From Octopus bimaculoides (lineage: Eukaryota), in assembly GCF_001194135.2 (NCBI RefSeq), contig NC_068982.1, positions 144,845,276 to 144,893,964 of the forward strand: a stretch of DNA of 48,689 nt, in the 5' to 3' direction. Shown here one piece after another: positions 10,700 through 24,085 of the stretch (the stretch's first letter is position 1; the number at the start of each line of letters is the position of its first letter). The translations under genes and the position numbers were made by a program. Under the pieces are notes generated by a model, which was given only the letters and a program-made list of their open reading frames with translations, was not told the origin of the DNA and searched no databases.

Positions 10700-13527
10700 T
10701 ATTAGAATTTCCCCCCAAGGCCAGGTCAGATGTTGGGGCATGCGCCGCTGCATTCACCATTTGTCGGTATATTCCCGGGTCCTCCTGGGTGACCCGTCGA
10801 ATAGAGTCCCAGTCAGTCCCCATTTTAACGTGACACCTCCTCATCTGCCGTGGCCATGTCGCATGAGGTCGACAAACACGACCATCAACCCAGCCGGTTC
10901 CTCAGTGAGGAGAACATGGTAAGCAGGGTCTAACTCGGAATCTCGAGCAACATAGCCAAACAGTTTGAGTTGGCGTTCCCGAATCATACAAGTAACATGA
11001 CACATTCCAGTTTCTGCGTAGAGTCGGTTGTTTGGATACAAAATCCAACCAATGCTAACCCATAACCCTGCAAAACATCCTTATACCAAAGGAGTGCAGG
11101 CGACTCCTAAGGGCCCCAGGCAGTGCCCAAGTCTCATAACTATAGAGCCGGACAAGAAGGACCAGAGACCTTGAGACCCTAACCTTTGTTCTCCTATTCA
11201 GATATCGGCAGCGCCAAGCACTCTTGTCCAGCTCGTGCAAGTCTTTTTAGAACTACAGACTCGTAGCATTATACCACCATGAATCTCAGTGCTGAGATGA
11301 GTGACGTGGTCAACAACTTTAACATTCTCATCCGCAACAGAGACAGACGAGGTGGAGTCTTCCAAGAAGCTAACGGAAAACTGGATTTTTGTATTAACCC
11401 AAGCGACTCTAAAGTCAAGTGGTTCCCCTTCCTCACTCACTGAAAGGAGAGCGCTCCTCAAGACACCCAGAAACTCAGGATAACTGCATCATCAGAAAAA
11501 TCTAAGTCAGTAATCCTAGTTCCACTAATGAGAATGCTACAACTCGATCAAGCTTGTATACGGCTAAATATCCAATCCCTGTAGGCATTGAACAGAATGG
11601 GAACGAAGACGCAACCCTGGCAAGAGAGATCTAATTGGAAAAAGGTCAGATGTTGAGCCCCCAATCCGAATAGCACTGTCTGTTCTTGTGTACGAGGCCA
11701 TCAGTTCAGAAGGTACACCTCACAGTTTCAGAATCCTCCAAAGCGCATCCCTGTCCAGCGAGTCAAATGCTTTGTTGGGGTCGACATAGGCTGCAAGCAG
11801 CCCCAGCTAAGAGCGCTGCTTTTGTTCAATTAGTACATGAAGAGCTAGGATCCTGTTAGTAGTTAACCTGTGGCGTGAACCCTGTCTACGGCCACTGAGA
11901 TGCCAGCAGATGATTTCGCACTCTGTTCAGGATAACCCTGGCAAAGACCTTATTGGGCACTGAGAGGAGTGTAATAACCCTATAATTGATGCAGTCGTAG
12001 CTGATATTTTTACCCTTTAAGAGTGAGATAATTATCCTCCTCTTCCAACCATGCAGTATGATACTGCTATTCCAGATTGAGGAGATGAGCTGCTGCAAGA
12101 ACAAGATTGTAGCAAGCCCATCTTTCTTGATCATCTCCCCGCGGATTCTAAAAACACCGGTTGTTTTCCTGCCTTCCAACTGATTTACCCCTGTATGAAT
12201 CTCGTCTTTGGACGGCAGATCACAGCTGGCTGGCTGGTCGGTCTGTAGTGTTGAAGTATTCAAATCAGAACTAGTTGGATCCACCTTATACAACTTCTCA
12301 AAGTATGATGCCCGGCGAATCACCATCTTGGGCTCTTCAGTCAGAAATGTGCCTTCAGGGTCTAAGACTCCAGCACACCGAGGTGGGGGCTTCACCTCAT
12401 TGAGTATAGCGATTTCTCTGTAGGCAGTACAATGAGTTGGACGTGTGAAGCTGACTCTCGACTGCCTCTCTGACTTCTCGGACTTGCTTTTCCTTGTCAG
12501 AACAGCTTCTGCAGCAAATTGTCAGGAGCTCCACCTAGTTTCACCCTGTGGCTACGCTCCATCAATGTGAGTGTCTCTTTAGAAAGGTAACATTTCCTGA
12601 GCCGATTTTGGAAACCAATACATTCCCTAGCAGTCGACATTAGGATGACCCTGTAAGTCTCCTATATTCCTACAGGATTAGACGGGAAGTCAGTCTCAGG
12701 CAGCACAGATCCAAGTTACAACAAATGATTCTTTTTTACATTATTGTCATTGAGCTTGTCAACATCCAATTTGAAACTGGCTGCCCCCAACCTCTAAGAC
12801 TTCAATCGTAATCTCAACTCAGCCATAACGAGTTCTATGGTCAGTTCCCAAGAAACTAGCATCCCGCCCAAATCCTGCAGTTCTGTACGCGTCTCCAGCG
12901 GCCAGCTACAAGTGCGTAGTCAATCTCTTTTGCCACACGGCCAGTATTGGAATTCCAAGTCCAGCGATGCAGCCCAAGACGTTGGTACAGAGCCAGCAAT
13001 GCGAAGTCCATGACTTTTTGCAACTTTTGTTCCTAGCACCAGATCCAAAGGGCTGACAACGCTCTCGTATCCCGTTCTGTCAACTTCAGGTGATGCACTG
13101 TAATCTCCCATGGCAAAGAAGGTATCTCTGTTGGATATACTTTCCACGACAGATCACAACTGGGTGTAGAATGTCTCCTTCACAGACCTGTCACTCATGG
13201 CAGTCGGAGCATACACTGCAACCAAAGAAATGACACTCAAACAATATGCAGTCCTCTGCCACATAATACGCTTGTTGACAGCCGGTACACATAATACCAT
13301 TGAAACCAGTCAGTCGGTCACTGCAACTGCTACCTCACCGGTATGCCAGTCATCAGAATTCTCACCGGTTGAGATGTCGCCTCTCTCTGGTCAACACACT
13401 TCTGATAGGGCCATCACAGCAACTCGCGCACGGCTGAGTTCCTTAAACACCAAAGGCAGACGGGAATCGTCACTCAGTGAGAAAACATTCCAGGTCCCCA
13501 CCCGAATAAACCTCTCCAGGCTGAACC
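10700..13527 (-). mobile_element. RTE-clade LINE with a near-complete but disrupted AP-endonuclease/RT ORF; 5' end runs into a gap
   Basis: Endonuclease start RVGTWNVFSLSDD (about 13500). RT motifs CINYRVITLLSVPNKVFARVIL, AYVDPNKAFDSLDR and DLDFSDDAVIL (about 11490). C-terminus RERQLKLFGYVAR. Many frameshifts. Confidence 0.9.
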
Positions 13528-14199
13528 NNNNNNNNNNNNNNNNNNNNNNNNNNNNNNNNNNNNNNNNNNNNNNNNNNNNNNNNNNNNNNNNNNNNNNNNN
13601 NNNNNNNNNNNNNNNNNNNNNNNNNNNNNNNNNNNNNNNNNNNNNNNNNNNNNNNNNNNNNNNNNNNNNNNNNNNNNNNNNNNNNNNNNNNNNNNNNNNN
13701 NNNNNNNNNNNNNNNNNNNNNNNNNNNNNNNNNNNNNNNNNNNNNNNNNNNNNNNNNNNNNNNNNNNNNNNNNNNNNNNNNNNNNNNNNNNNNNNNNNNN
13801 NNNNNNNNNNNNNNNNNNNNNNNNNNNNNNNNNNNNNNNNNNNNNNNNNNNNNNNNNNNNNNNNNNNNNNNNNNNNNNNNNNNNNNNNNNNNNNNNNNNN
13901 NNNNNNNNNNNNNNNNNNNNNNNNNNNNNNNNNNNNNNNNNNNNNNNNNNNNNNNNNNNNNNNNNNNNNNNNNNNNNNNNNNNNNNNNNNNNNNNNNNNN
14001 NNNNNNNNNNNNNNNNNNNNNNNNNNNNNNNNNNNNNNNNNNNNNNNNNNNNNNNNNNNNNNNNNNNNNNNNNNNNNNNNNNNNNNNNNNNNNNNNNNNN
14101 NNNNNNNNNNNNNNNNNNNNNNNNNNTCAGAACAGCTAATAATACCTCAAGAGGAAGGAAAAGGGCAAGCAACTGGGAAAACTTATTTCTTTTTTTTTT

Positions 14200-14935
14200 T
14201 TGTTGTGTGCTTGTGTTTCGTACAACGGATATTACAATTATGAAAGAATTTTCCCCCCTTAGGTACCCTTTCCCTTCTCCGTGAGGTACTGATTGATATT
14301 CCGAAAGTCCATCATTTCCATTACCTCACTTTAATATCTGATTAAAAACAAGTTTCGTAAGAAGGCGTTTTATTTTGAAATTTGGCGTGGATTATCTTAT
14401 GTAAACTTCTGTGATGTAAACCGATCCAGTCACCTGACAACTGAGATAAAAGAAAAAATGCAAACGGTATTGCTGCTCATCCCAGATTCATCAGAGCCAT
14501 AATTTTCGGTGAATTAAAAAAAAGAAAAAGCTCCTTCTTTCAGAAAGTATTTTACTTCGAATTTAGAGTTAAGCTATTGAGTTAGATACTTAACCTTTGT
14601 CTTAAAGGTTGTTTGTACTTAGGGAATTTTTAAAAAATGTTAAAAGTATAAAAAAATGAAGGTAGCAGCTGGTTGAATTAACTGAATGTTGATGATGGCA
14701 TCAGTTCCCGGCCTTGTGTTGTATCTCAAGCAAAAGGCACTTGTTATAGCACATCGCGATTAGCAACAAAACTTTTTTTTTTATAACTGATTAATTTTTT
14801 TTCGGTTGTTACCAATGCTGGAATCACGTTTTTCTTTGTTTAAAACCAACTGGATAAATTCAATGTTTCCAAGACGCTTAACGAGTCAAGTTTTTCTTTT
14901 TCTTTTTTTATATAGGCACTTTCTCGTTAATACAG

Positions 14936-14999
<64 letters not shown>

Positions 15000-15460
15000 A
15001 AACACTCGCAAAATACGCTGAAACAGAGCCTGGAGAATTTATTCCGAAGTATTAGAAACAATGGAATTCATCATCCAATCATTTAAAAAGCGGTAAATTT
15101 ATCCGAAAACATTATCATGGTTCCTTAAAATTCATAAAGTTTACTTTCAGTAAATAATTCAAATGCAAGCATTTTGCTTATTAATTCATGATAAGATTGT
15201 ATCGTTATAAAATCAATAATCTCTAGAGAAAGAAAGAATATCACAACCGAAAAATTCGATACAAAAACGAGAACTGCAAATGGAATGAATTTATTTGGAG
15301 GATATTTTCAGCTTGCACCGGTTAGAACGGAAATAGGCATTGTAGGCTTTTTGGAGGGTTGTAAACATACATACTTCACCTTTTTTAAAAATTAAATATT
15401 TTCCTAGTGCTTCTTATTAAAATTTGGTGTATATATTTCCATCATGATTGGTAAGTTTTA
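14200..15460 (+). promoter_or_regulatory. Candidate promoter / non-coding first exon region of the zinc-finger gene
   Basis: Non-repeat, CpG-retaining sequence with an ETS-like ACGGAAAT at about 15327. Candidate donors are CG|GTAAAT (about 15093) and TG|GTAAGT (15451). T-rich, CpG-poor sequence follows. No transcript evidence. Confidence 0.3.
14938..14993. repeat. (GA)n microsatellite
   Basis: Direct inspection. Confidence 0.95.
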
Positions 15461-17632
15461 ATATGATTTTCTTTAAATTTCTAATACGTATCTATTTAAG
15501 GAATTCTGTAACAAAGATGTGTTACTTACCTAATATATATCTAATTTCGGCGATCTCTTTATTGTCTGCCTTTTTTCTTCGTTTCGAGAACCTGTTGTGA
15601 ACCTTTTATTCATTTCTATCGTTACAATCAAACCAATTAATTATACTTAGAATATATTTTCATCCAGCATTGCTTTTCGTTTTATTCCCAAGAATTTCTA
15701 TATTCGGCGAATCTTAAAGATTTGCTTATGTTTCCATATCATTATCTCTTTTTATTTATTTATTTTTGATTTTTGCAATTTAGTCTGAGAAAGAGGATCA
15801 ATGCCCATTGCCTTTTTAGACCCTTTTCGACTAGGGTATAGAGATAGTTCGATTAAGTTTAATACAGTCTACAGTCAGATACTTTAATCGTATTTTTATT
15901 TATCTATATGATTACCTTACAACTTCACTCTAATATTGAACAACAATTTCAAAGAACATACCTGAATTATGAATGTATTCCAGCGATGAAGAAATATAAT
16001 TCTTTCGTCTGTTATCTTCGATTTGAATCCGTGTTCAGATCTGTATTTTTTCTTCTTAATTCAATGTTTTCATATCTATCAGAATTTCAGGTTTATTATT
16101 GAACCAATTCAGTAGAAATTTCAGAGCGATTATAAGCTTTATTCTTGTACAGATTCTAAACTCTGAGTTTGTTTAGCTGATAGTTCTAGCTGATTAAGTG
16201 ACCGAATACAGGTTCCTTTGTTAGCTCATTCGGGCTTGCTGTGATTTATGAAACAGACGGGGTGCCCAGAAAGGGTAGTATAATCCATGATAGATCTAAT
16301 TGTTTATCTATTGTTATTGTTTCAAAGTGAGTGCTCTTTGAGTGTTTATGCATCATATTGCCCTTTACTCCGTCTTTTGTGTGTGACGGGAACGTTGTAG
16401 AGGTGTTGTGTGCAATTTCTAGTAATTTTGTATTATGCAATTATGCATATGTTGTTCACTGTACTCCTTGGTTGCATTTGATATTCTTTGATGTTGCTGG
16501 ATAGAAGAGAGATGGGGAATATGGAACGTCTTAGCTTTACTCTGTTTCGAACTAAGTTTCTAACGGGTTGATATAGGGTTTAACTTGGTAGATAGAGGTA
16601 ACTGTGATGCCTGCATTATGGAGCTGTGTGTTTTTGGAAGTTTGGGCTGGTTGTGGAAGTATAAGTTAAAAAGTATGTTTAATCTGCAGTATTCTTTTTG
16701 GAAAAGCACATACTTTAGACCTAAGCGTAAGTTTAATAGTCCAAGAGAAAACTTACCAGTTACTATGTGGTGCTTCGTTTTTTTTTTTGTATGGCTAAGA
16801 GGAGGAACTCTAATGGCCATGACTCTTTTCAGGGACTCCAAGACTGGTGGAGGAAGAGGAGGAATTTGTCCTGAGACTGGAAACATAGCCTGAATGTTTG
16901 CAAGAGTGAACTCTGACAAAAGCATTCAAAGGAGAGGTAGAGGTGCCGAACTGGGCAATAGATTAACCCTTCAACTAGAAAAGGAATGGTACCTCTCACT
17001 GGCTTCCACACAATTTCTCTCTATCTACCAATTTCACTAACAATACTTTGATCAACCCAGTGCTGTGCAGTGGGATTGAACTGTCCTGTATTCTTTATGT
17101 GAGGTTTGTGAGTAGTGTGATAGTTGAGTCTAGTAGTCTGAATTTATGTTTTGAGTTAGCAAGGGGAATGTGTATGTTAGTGATATCAAGAAATTTCCTG
17201 GATATGCAAAGGTACCAATTTGTTGCCACAAAAAGCTCCATTCCCCACAGTCACTATCACTGCACCTTTAGGCATCCTGATACATTTGTAGCATCATAAA
17301 AAACAACTACAGCACCATCCTGGTAACACTATCTCTCCTAACAGAGATAAAGGGGACATATATGTTGTTATAGCAGTGATATTGTTTACTTTATTGTTTC
17401 TATCAATACTATGTTGGGTTGCACATTACTAGAGATTTGTACAAAAACATAGCTACTGATTTGTACTGATTGATTCCACCATGCCTGCTTCTGGTTTGGT
17501 TACCTCCAAATATATACAGATTAAAAAACAACCTGGAGTAGGAAGTCACAAAGCAGACCCAGACTGATATACTGCATTTATACAGTTGACATCTCCATGG
17601 TAATGTGCACTTTCTGGCCTTGTATTAGAGTT

Positions 17633-17764
17633 CATCATCATCATCATCGTTTAACATCCACTTTCCATGCTAGCATGGGTTGGACGATTTGACTGAGGAC
17701 TGGTTGACCAGGTGGCTACACCAGGCTCCAATCTGATTTGGCAGAGTTTCTACAGCTGGATGCC
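17633..17764 (-). mobile_element. (GAT)n-tailed SINE-like element (family C), 3' fragment
   Basis: CATCATC...GTTTAAC(G/A)TCC(G/A)CTTTCCATGCTAGCATGGGTTGGAC, shared with copies at 18232, 23591, 25304, 27686, 38025 and 47780. Copies in the opposite orientation at 25030-25196 and 48511-48689. Confidence 0.75.
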
Positions 17765-17801
17765 CTGTAGAAACTCTGCCAAATCAGATTGGAGCCTGGT
17801 G
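17719..17801. repeat. Perfect 37-bp inverted repeat with 9-nt loop
   Basis: 17719-17755 is the exact reverse complement of 17765-17801. The loop is CTGGATGCC. Confidence 0.95.
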
Positions 17802-20059
17802 GATTGCACCTTGATATTTTTACTAACTACTTTGTGCTGTAGGTTTGCTTGATCAGGGTTGGGTGGAGATATGCAATAATAACAACTGTAATTTGATTAA
17901 GTTGTTAAAGAATTCCACTAATAGCAGCCAAACCGCCCTCAGATTACACTCTACTATCTTAAAAATGAGAAGGGTACATTGGATAATGTGGTCCTAGTTA
18001 CACTACTTGGTAAAAGACAGGATCAAGGTTTGAATCCCCTTGATCATAAGTCCACTGGATCAGAGCTGAACTGGGGTTAAACAACAACTAGAGGATTTGT
18101 ATTTTTTTTTAGTGGGAGGGAGAGTAAGGTATGGTTCTTGTTCAGAAGTGCTTATATCATTACTTGGAATATAGACACATTAATTCTCTTTAATCCTGCT
18201 CTGCTATTGTTGAGATATGTGTTTATCTGTTCATCATTATCATCATCATCATCATTTAATATCTATTGTCCTTGCTGGCATGAGTTGGACAGTTGGACCA
18301 GGGCTGGTAAGCTGGAAGGCTGCACCAGACTCCAGTCCGATTTGGCATGGTTTCTACAGCTGGATGACCTTCCTAAAGCCAACCATTCTGAGAGTGTAAT
18401 GGGTGTTTTTACATGCCACTAGCATGGGTGCCATTTGCGTGACATCAGTATCTGTCACCTATCTTGGCTTGATAGGTCTTCTCAAGCATGGCATAATGCC
18501 AAAGGTCTTGGTCATTTATCATTGCCTCCGTGAGGCCCGACACTCGAAAGGCGTTTTTCATGTGCCACTGGCATTGGCCACCTTGTGTTACAAAAAAAAT
18601 GAAAACAACATAAAGGAAACATATTACATACACTCATGCATGCACAAATATATAAACAAGGAAACAGAATGAAGTATGAGCCATGGAAATGGTTAATAAT
18701 GATGTTAGCAGTGAATGTCAGGTATAGTCAAATACAGTGAAAGAAATTATTTTTTCTCATCTTCATCTTCATTTTCCATGTGAGCATGGGTTTGATAGGT
18801 TTTGTCCAGCACGGCATCTCACCACATGTTACAATCCCATGTTAACCTCTTTGGGAAATTCAGCATCCTGAGATCAGCCTCATGTCTTCCTCTTCTGAAA
18901 GGTTTCTTCCATTTGGATTACCCGGTACTTCTTTACGTAACTGCATTTCTCTTTATATTCCACATATCTGTCCCATCACAGTCTATTCACTCACCACAAT
19001 TGATTCCTCTTATACTCTCAGTTCATTTGTCCTATCTTTACACATCCAGCAGGAGCATTCTTGCTACATTTTAAAATCTTAAATTAGAGTAGCTAAGTAA
19101 GCATAATTTACTTAATGTTCAGTTTGAACTATTGCGGGTTTTTGTTTGCTGTAGGAAATATGAAGAGGAAAGATTTTTGCTGAGAGATAAACAGAGGAGC
19201 AGAGCCTTTTACAGTAGTATGAAGTAGAAAAAGGACCTGGCTAAATGCAGGGTCAGCTTCTGAATGATGCAGAGCTATGAAAAATGTATTAAATAACTGT
19301 ATTTTACATGGATATGTGACAAACATGAGGGTCAAGTGAATTGAAGGAGGTTGTTGTCATTTATCTCCATGTCAATTGTTCATTCCAGCAATGACCACTT
19401 AGTCTTTTTTTATCTGGTAGAGTATCTTGGACTATAATATTCAATGTGTCCTTTTTTAAGATGGTAGGATTTTATTTAAGGAACATTTAGCTGCTATTTC
19501 TAGTGGGTTAAGTGATTGCATAGCGCAGTGGTTTTCAACCATTTTTTTTTATCAGAAAGGGGTTTCAGATTCCAGAATTATTGAAACTTTGAATTAAGAA
19601 AATTTACTTGAAGTTATATGATTTCTGTATATTGTTATACTCAACATTATCTGTCGGTTATGCTGGGATGATTAAAATATGTTCTTTATGATGAGAACCA
19701 ACAGAGATCTGATTGAGCAAACTTATGGTGAAAGCATTCTAGCTGTGACCCTCTCATCTTTCTTATTAAATGTATCCTTCCTCTTTTTAAGATAATATTT
19801 TGTGGAAGATTTTGTTTCTATTTCTGTCAGGCTGGAGAATTACATAATGGCTCACATTTACTTGGGATTAACATGCCAAGCTCTAGGTTAGCTCTGATCA
19901 AACAGAGCTTTGATCAAAGATCTTCTCATCTCTTTTCCTGATATTGTGTATTTAGGATTACACTGTCCAGTGAGTCCTTCACTATTTTAGGAGGTATAGG
20001 TGTTTTTTGTGGGAAATTTGGCTGCTATTTCTAGTGTCAACTTGGGATAGCTCCTCTTT

Positions 20060-21300
20060 CTCCTCTGCATTCTCCTTATTCAGTGACCCCTTCTTCCTTT
20101 TAGGTGTCAGTGAAGGCAAGTATGTTGCTATCATTCAGCACACAGTTTTCCATAACAATGTTTTGTTTTGCTTCTTCCTGACATACTGCTTTGCATTCCA
20201 TACCTCTGCTCCTCCATTGCAAAGTATTGACAAACATATTTTCAGTTTCTCTTCTAGGTTCTTTGCTTCTCCTTCGTTGGAACCTTTCTCTATTGACAGA
20301 TCTAATCTATGACTTGCAGAAAGTTATGAAGGACAAACTCTCAGTTGCCCTCTGTTTTGTAAATCTCTTACCTCTACTTTGCACTTAACTAAGGACTTGC
20401 CGACATATATATCTCACCTGGTACTTCTTTGAATCTACATACATCTAACAGAGGGATCTTTCAGCTTCCATACCTTTCTTCTCTAAGTTGTCTTGTGCCT
20501 TTGAGTTTGTCTAGCTCTTATTCTGAGGCTGTTGAGCTCTTGTCTTTGCTGAGTATTACAAATTTTCACTGAAGCAGGAATTAATATTCACAACCAGTTA
20601 CCTGTCTCATTTCCTGCTCCAGCTGACTTCTGTTTTTGCTGATTGTTAGGTAATTAGGTAACTGGTAAGTTTTCTAAAGTTAGTATTGCAATACACATCA
20701 CCCGCCAAAATTAGGTCATTTGCATCTCAGATCTTTGAGAAACATGATCTTTCTTCATATCTGTAGCCTCTAAATACTTTGGAGTAGACACCATGATGTT
20801 GTTGAAACATGTCTGTGCAAATCACCACCCCTAATTACAAGTTCAGTGTTATTCATTGTAGTGATAATCTGTAAGAGGTTCTCATAGAAATGGTCTTTTT
20901 GCTCATTTTGCTAGTCCTGATAGGGGTGCTTATTCAAAGATAACCATTACTGTGTTACCTTTGATAAGTTTTAGCTTGATTATTCTGTTAGATATTCTAA
21001 CTACTTCAGTTAATTCATTCATTTCTCTGCCAATAATGTCTGCTTCACCTACCACAGCAGTGTACTTAAATTTGTATTTTTGCTTCTTGCTTGTGAAGTG
21101 TCTGGCTGAGGCTCCTTTCCACCTTACCTCTTGTACTCAGCACACATTTAATTTCTTCTACTCTTAGCCAACTGGTGAAAGTGACAAACATGTCTCTTGT
21201 TTATATCAGTCAAATCAAAGACTAGATCAGATCCCATACTGCATTTTCTAAAGTTTCAATTAATTGATTTTATTTGGTGGGGTTATCTTGTTAGTTCTGT
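20060..21300 (-). mobile_element. Old, heavily decayed RTE/BovB-like LINE fragment (endonuclease and linker)
   Basis: Broken frames read EVVRISNRIIKLKLIKG, KVWKLKDPS and ENCVLND..LAFTD, typical of the RTE AP-endonuclease and the region after it. Many stops. Confidence 0.6.
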
Positions 21301-23590
21301 TTAGATATTAAACTTCTCGAGAGGGAGTTTTTGTTTATTACTTTCTTCAATAATCCCTGTTAATCAGTTTTGCAACTCACTATATTATATATGTGAGACC
21401 CTGTTGTATTTGGACTTGGTATTTTTTATGCTGTCTATTCAGATTAACTGCTCTTCTAGTCGGATTGTCTTCACTATGACTCACAGAATTTACACCTTTT
21501 CTCTGCAGAATTTTGTTCAGAGTTAGTGCTCTCTCAATCATGTGATCTTTATGATGCTTGAGGAGATGCTTCTCTCCATATTGCTGCTATAGGTGCTCAC
21601 AGTGCAGTGATAGAAAGTGAGGAGCTTACAGTGGATTGGCAAGTTTGTTTGGAGTGTTTAAATACTTAAACTAGTTTCATTTTGAGTTGTAATGTGTAGG
21701 TACTGTTGTGTTGGCAGGCTAGTGTATTTAATAACCAGCTGGTTGAGAATCTCTTGGGACTGTTGCAGTTACACATCTGGGGTAGATTGCTGTGAATAAG
21801 CACAGGTGTTTGATAGAGGGAGTCTCCATGACAGTAGGTAAAGGGTAGGAATTTAGCTAAGGTTGAGTGAATGACAATTGTTGTTGTCTGACTCCAAGTG
21901 AACTTCGATTGAATGGATCCAAGATCAAAGGCATCTACTTAGAACTACTCACGTAAACATGTAGAAGCTCCCTTTATGTCTTATGTTCTCAGGGTAGTTG
22001 GAGTAATCATGAAAGGTCATATTTGTCATGATGGGGGTAGGGCAGGAAATTGGGGACCCACACATTTTCTGAGCAGGGATATTTTCACTTCCCCAACCTC
22101 CTGGTTTTTGCTACTGATTTGATCCTCCTACAGCAGCAACTGCAGCAGACTTAAATATAATCCCTTTTTGTTGTTTAGCCTCCGTCTCAATTCTGTTTGA
22201 GCAGATCTAGGGCCAGAAGTGTTTGAGTTGTGACAACTTTATCTTTTTTATAGTTACCTAGGTCTATTGAATGTTTTTGTTTATTTTTAAAACATGCAAG
22301 TATGAGGTATGTTTAGTTGTTATTACTAGCTTGTTAAATGACTGTAGCAGTGCTTTTATTTTTGTGTTTTTGATTGGAGAATGGAGTAGAATGGGGACTA
22401 ACAAAAATAAATGACTTTGTTGTTCTATGGCAGTCACGATTGTGGAAAGATCCAGTTTCTTTGAAAAGATTCTATTTCACTGGTTCCTTTGAAGACCAAA
22501 ACAACTAATTCCCACCTCTGGTTTTACTTACAGCATAATTACTATTTCAAAATATTGTATCCTTTATAAGGGGCAGCCATGGTTATGTGGTTGCAAAGTT
22601 CACTTCACAACCACACAGTTATTGCTTTGGATTCCTCACTTTGTGTGGCTTCTTGTGCAAGTGTCTCATTCTCCTTGATGTAAACAGGTACTGCAGAATT
22701 ACTAACAACTCCTTGCTCTAAGCATGCAGCACTGTAAGACTGACAACTTAGTCTGAAGTGCTGAGATCAAATTCTTTTGTGAGCCTAAAGAAGACAATGG
22801 GGAACCACTTCAGTGTAATTTTTACTCTAGAATCACCACATAAAGACTGGTTCTTTATTGATGCTCCACCAGGCAAATGGAAGATGCATGCATGTATGTA
22901 TGTGTGTGTGTGTGTGTGTGTGTATTTATATATTTATGTATAATAAAAGTATAAACAAACAAACAACTCGTATGAGGTCAAATTACGACATTTATATATA
23001 TATAAACATAAGGGTGAAATTGTTACAGGAGTATAGATTACAAGAAGTCGATAAGGCATTAATTGATTAAAGTTCATAATCATTATGGTATATGCCAGTG
23101 CTCTCCCAGAACGCTTACATGGTAAGTCTGAATTATTAGTATAGGTCAGATGGAATGTACTGAGACAGATTTTCTATGGCTAGATGCACTTCTTGTCTCA
23201 CAAACCCTCATCTGCTTCCAAGATTAGTAATATTTCCCCATAGTTAGACAAGTTTTTCATTGAAGATTAGAAACAAGCAAAATTCCTTGTATGACTGATA
23301 CTTGTTTGCAGTCATCACATGATGTCAAGACAAGGGTACACAAACACACATGCTCATGCACATACACAAACATTCATGCATACATGCATGCTTCTTTTAC
23401 TTTCCTGGCCTGTGACTATAATAGAAGACACTTGCCAAAGGTGTTGTGCAGTTTGACTGAACTCTAGGCTATATGGTTGGGAAGCAACCTTCTTAACCAC
23501 ACTTGTGCTTAGTCACACCAGCATTCCTCCTTGACTGAGTGAAGGTGCATTTCAGAGAGCAAGTGGTGGCTTTATTTATACATGTACATA

Positions 23591-24085
23591 TCATCGTCAT
23601 CATCGTTTAACATCCAGTTTCCATGCTAGTATGGGTTGGACAATTTGACTGAGGACTGGCGAACCAGATGGCTTCATCAGGCTCCAATCTGATCTGGCAG
23701 AGTTTCTACAGCTGGATGCCCTTCCTAACGCCAACCACTCCGAGAGTGTAGTGGGTGCTTTTACGTGCCACCGGCATGAGACCCAGTCAGGCGGTACTGG
23801 CAATGGCCATGCTCAAAATGGTGTTTTTTACGTCCCACCTACACAGGAGCCAGTCCAGCGGCACTGGCAATGACCTTGCTCGAATGTTTTTTCATGTGCC
23901 ACCGGCACAAGTGCCAGTACGGCGATGCTGGTAACGATCATGCTCAAATGGTGCTATTTATGTGCCACTGGCATGGAAGCCAGTCAGCTGCTCTGGCAAT
24001 GATCATGCTCGGACGGTGCTGTTAGCGCTCCACTGGCACAGGTGCCAGTCATCGAATTTAGTTCAATTATGATTTCGATTTCGAT
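23591..24085 (-). mobile_element. Family-C element with internal array of about 65-nt units
   Basis: Five diverged units anchored at 23765, 23832, 23896, 23962 and 24027. Confidence 0.75.

Noticed and set aside
16250-17010. Possible decayed coding remnant (ORFs 16560-16925 and 16585-16893)
   Set aside because: No recognisable motif in any frame. It may be an old retroelement fragment but cannot be classified by eye.
19526-19545. hAT-like terminus CAGTGGTTTTCAACC
   Set aside because: No partner TIR or TSD was found.
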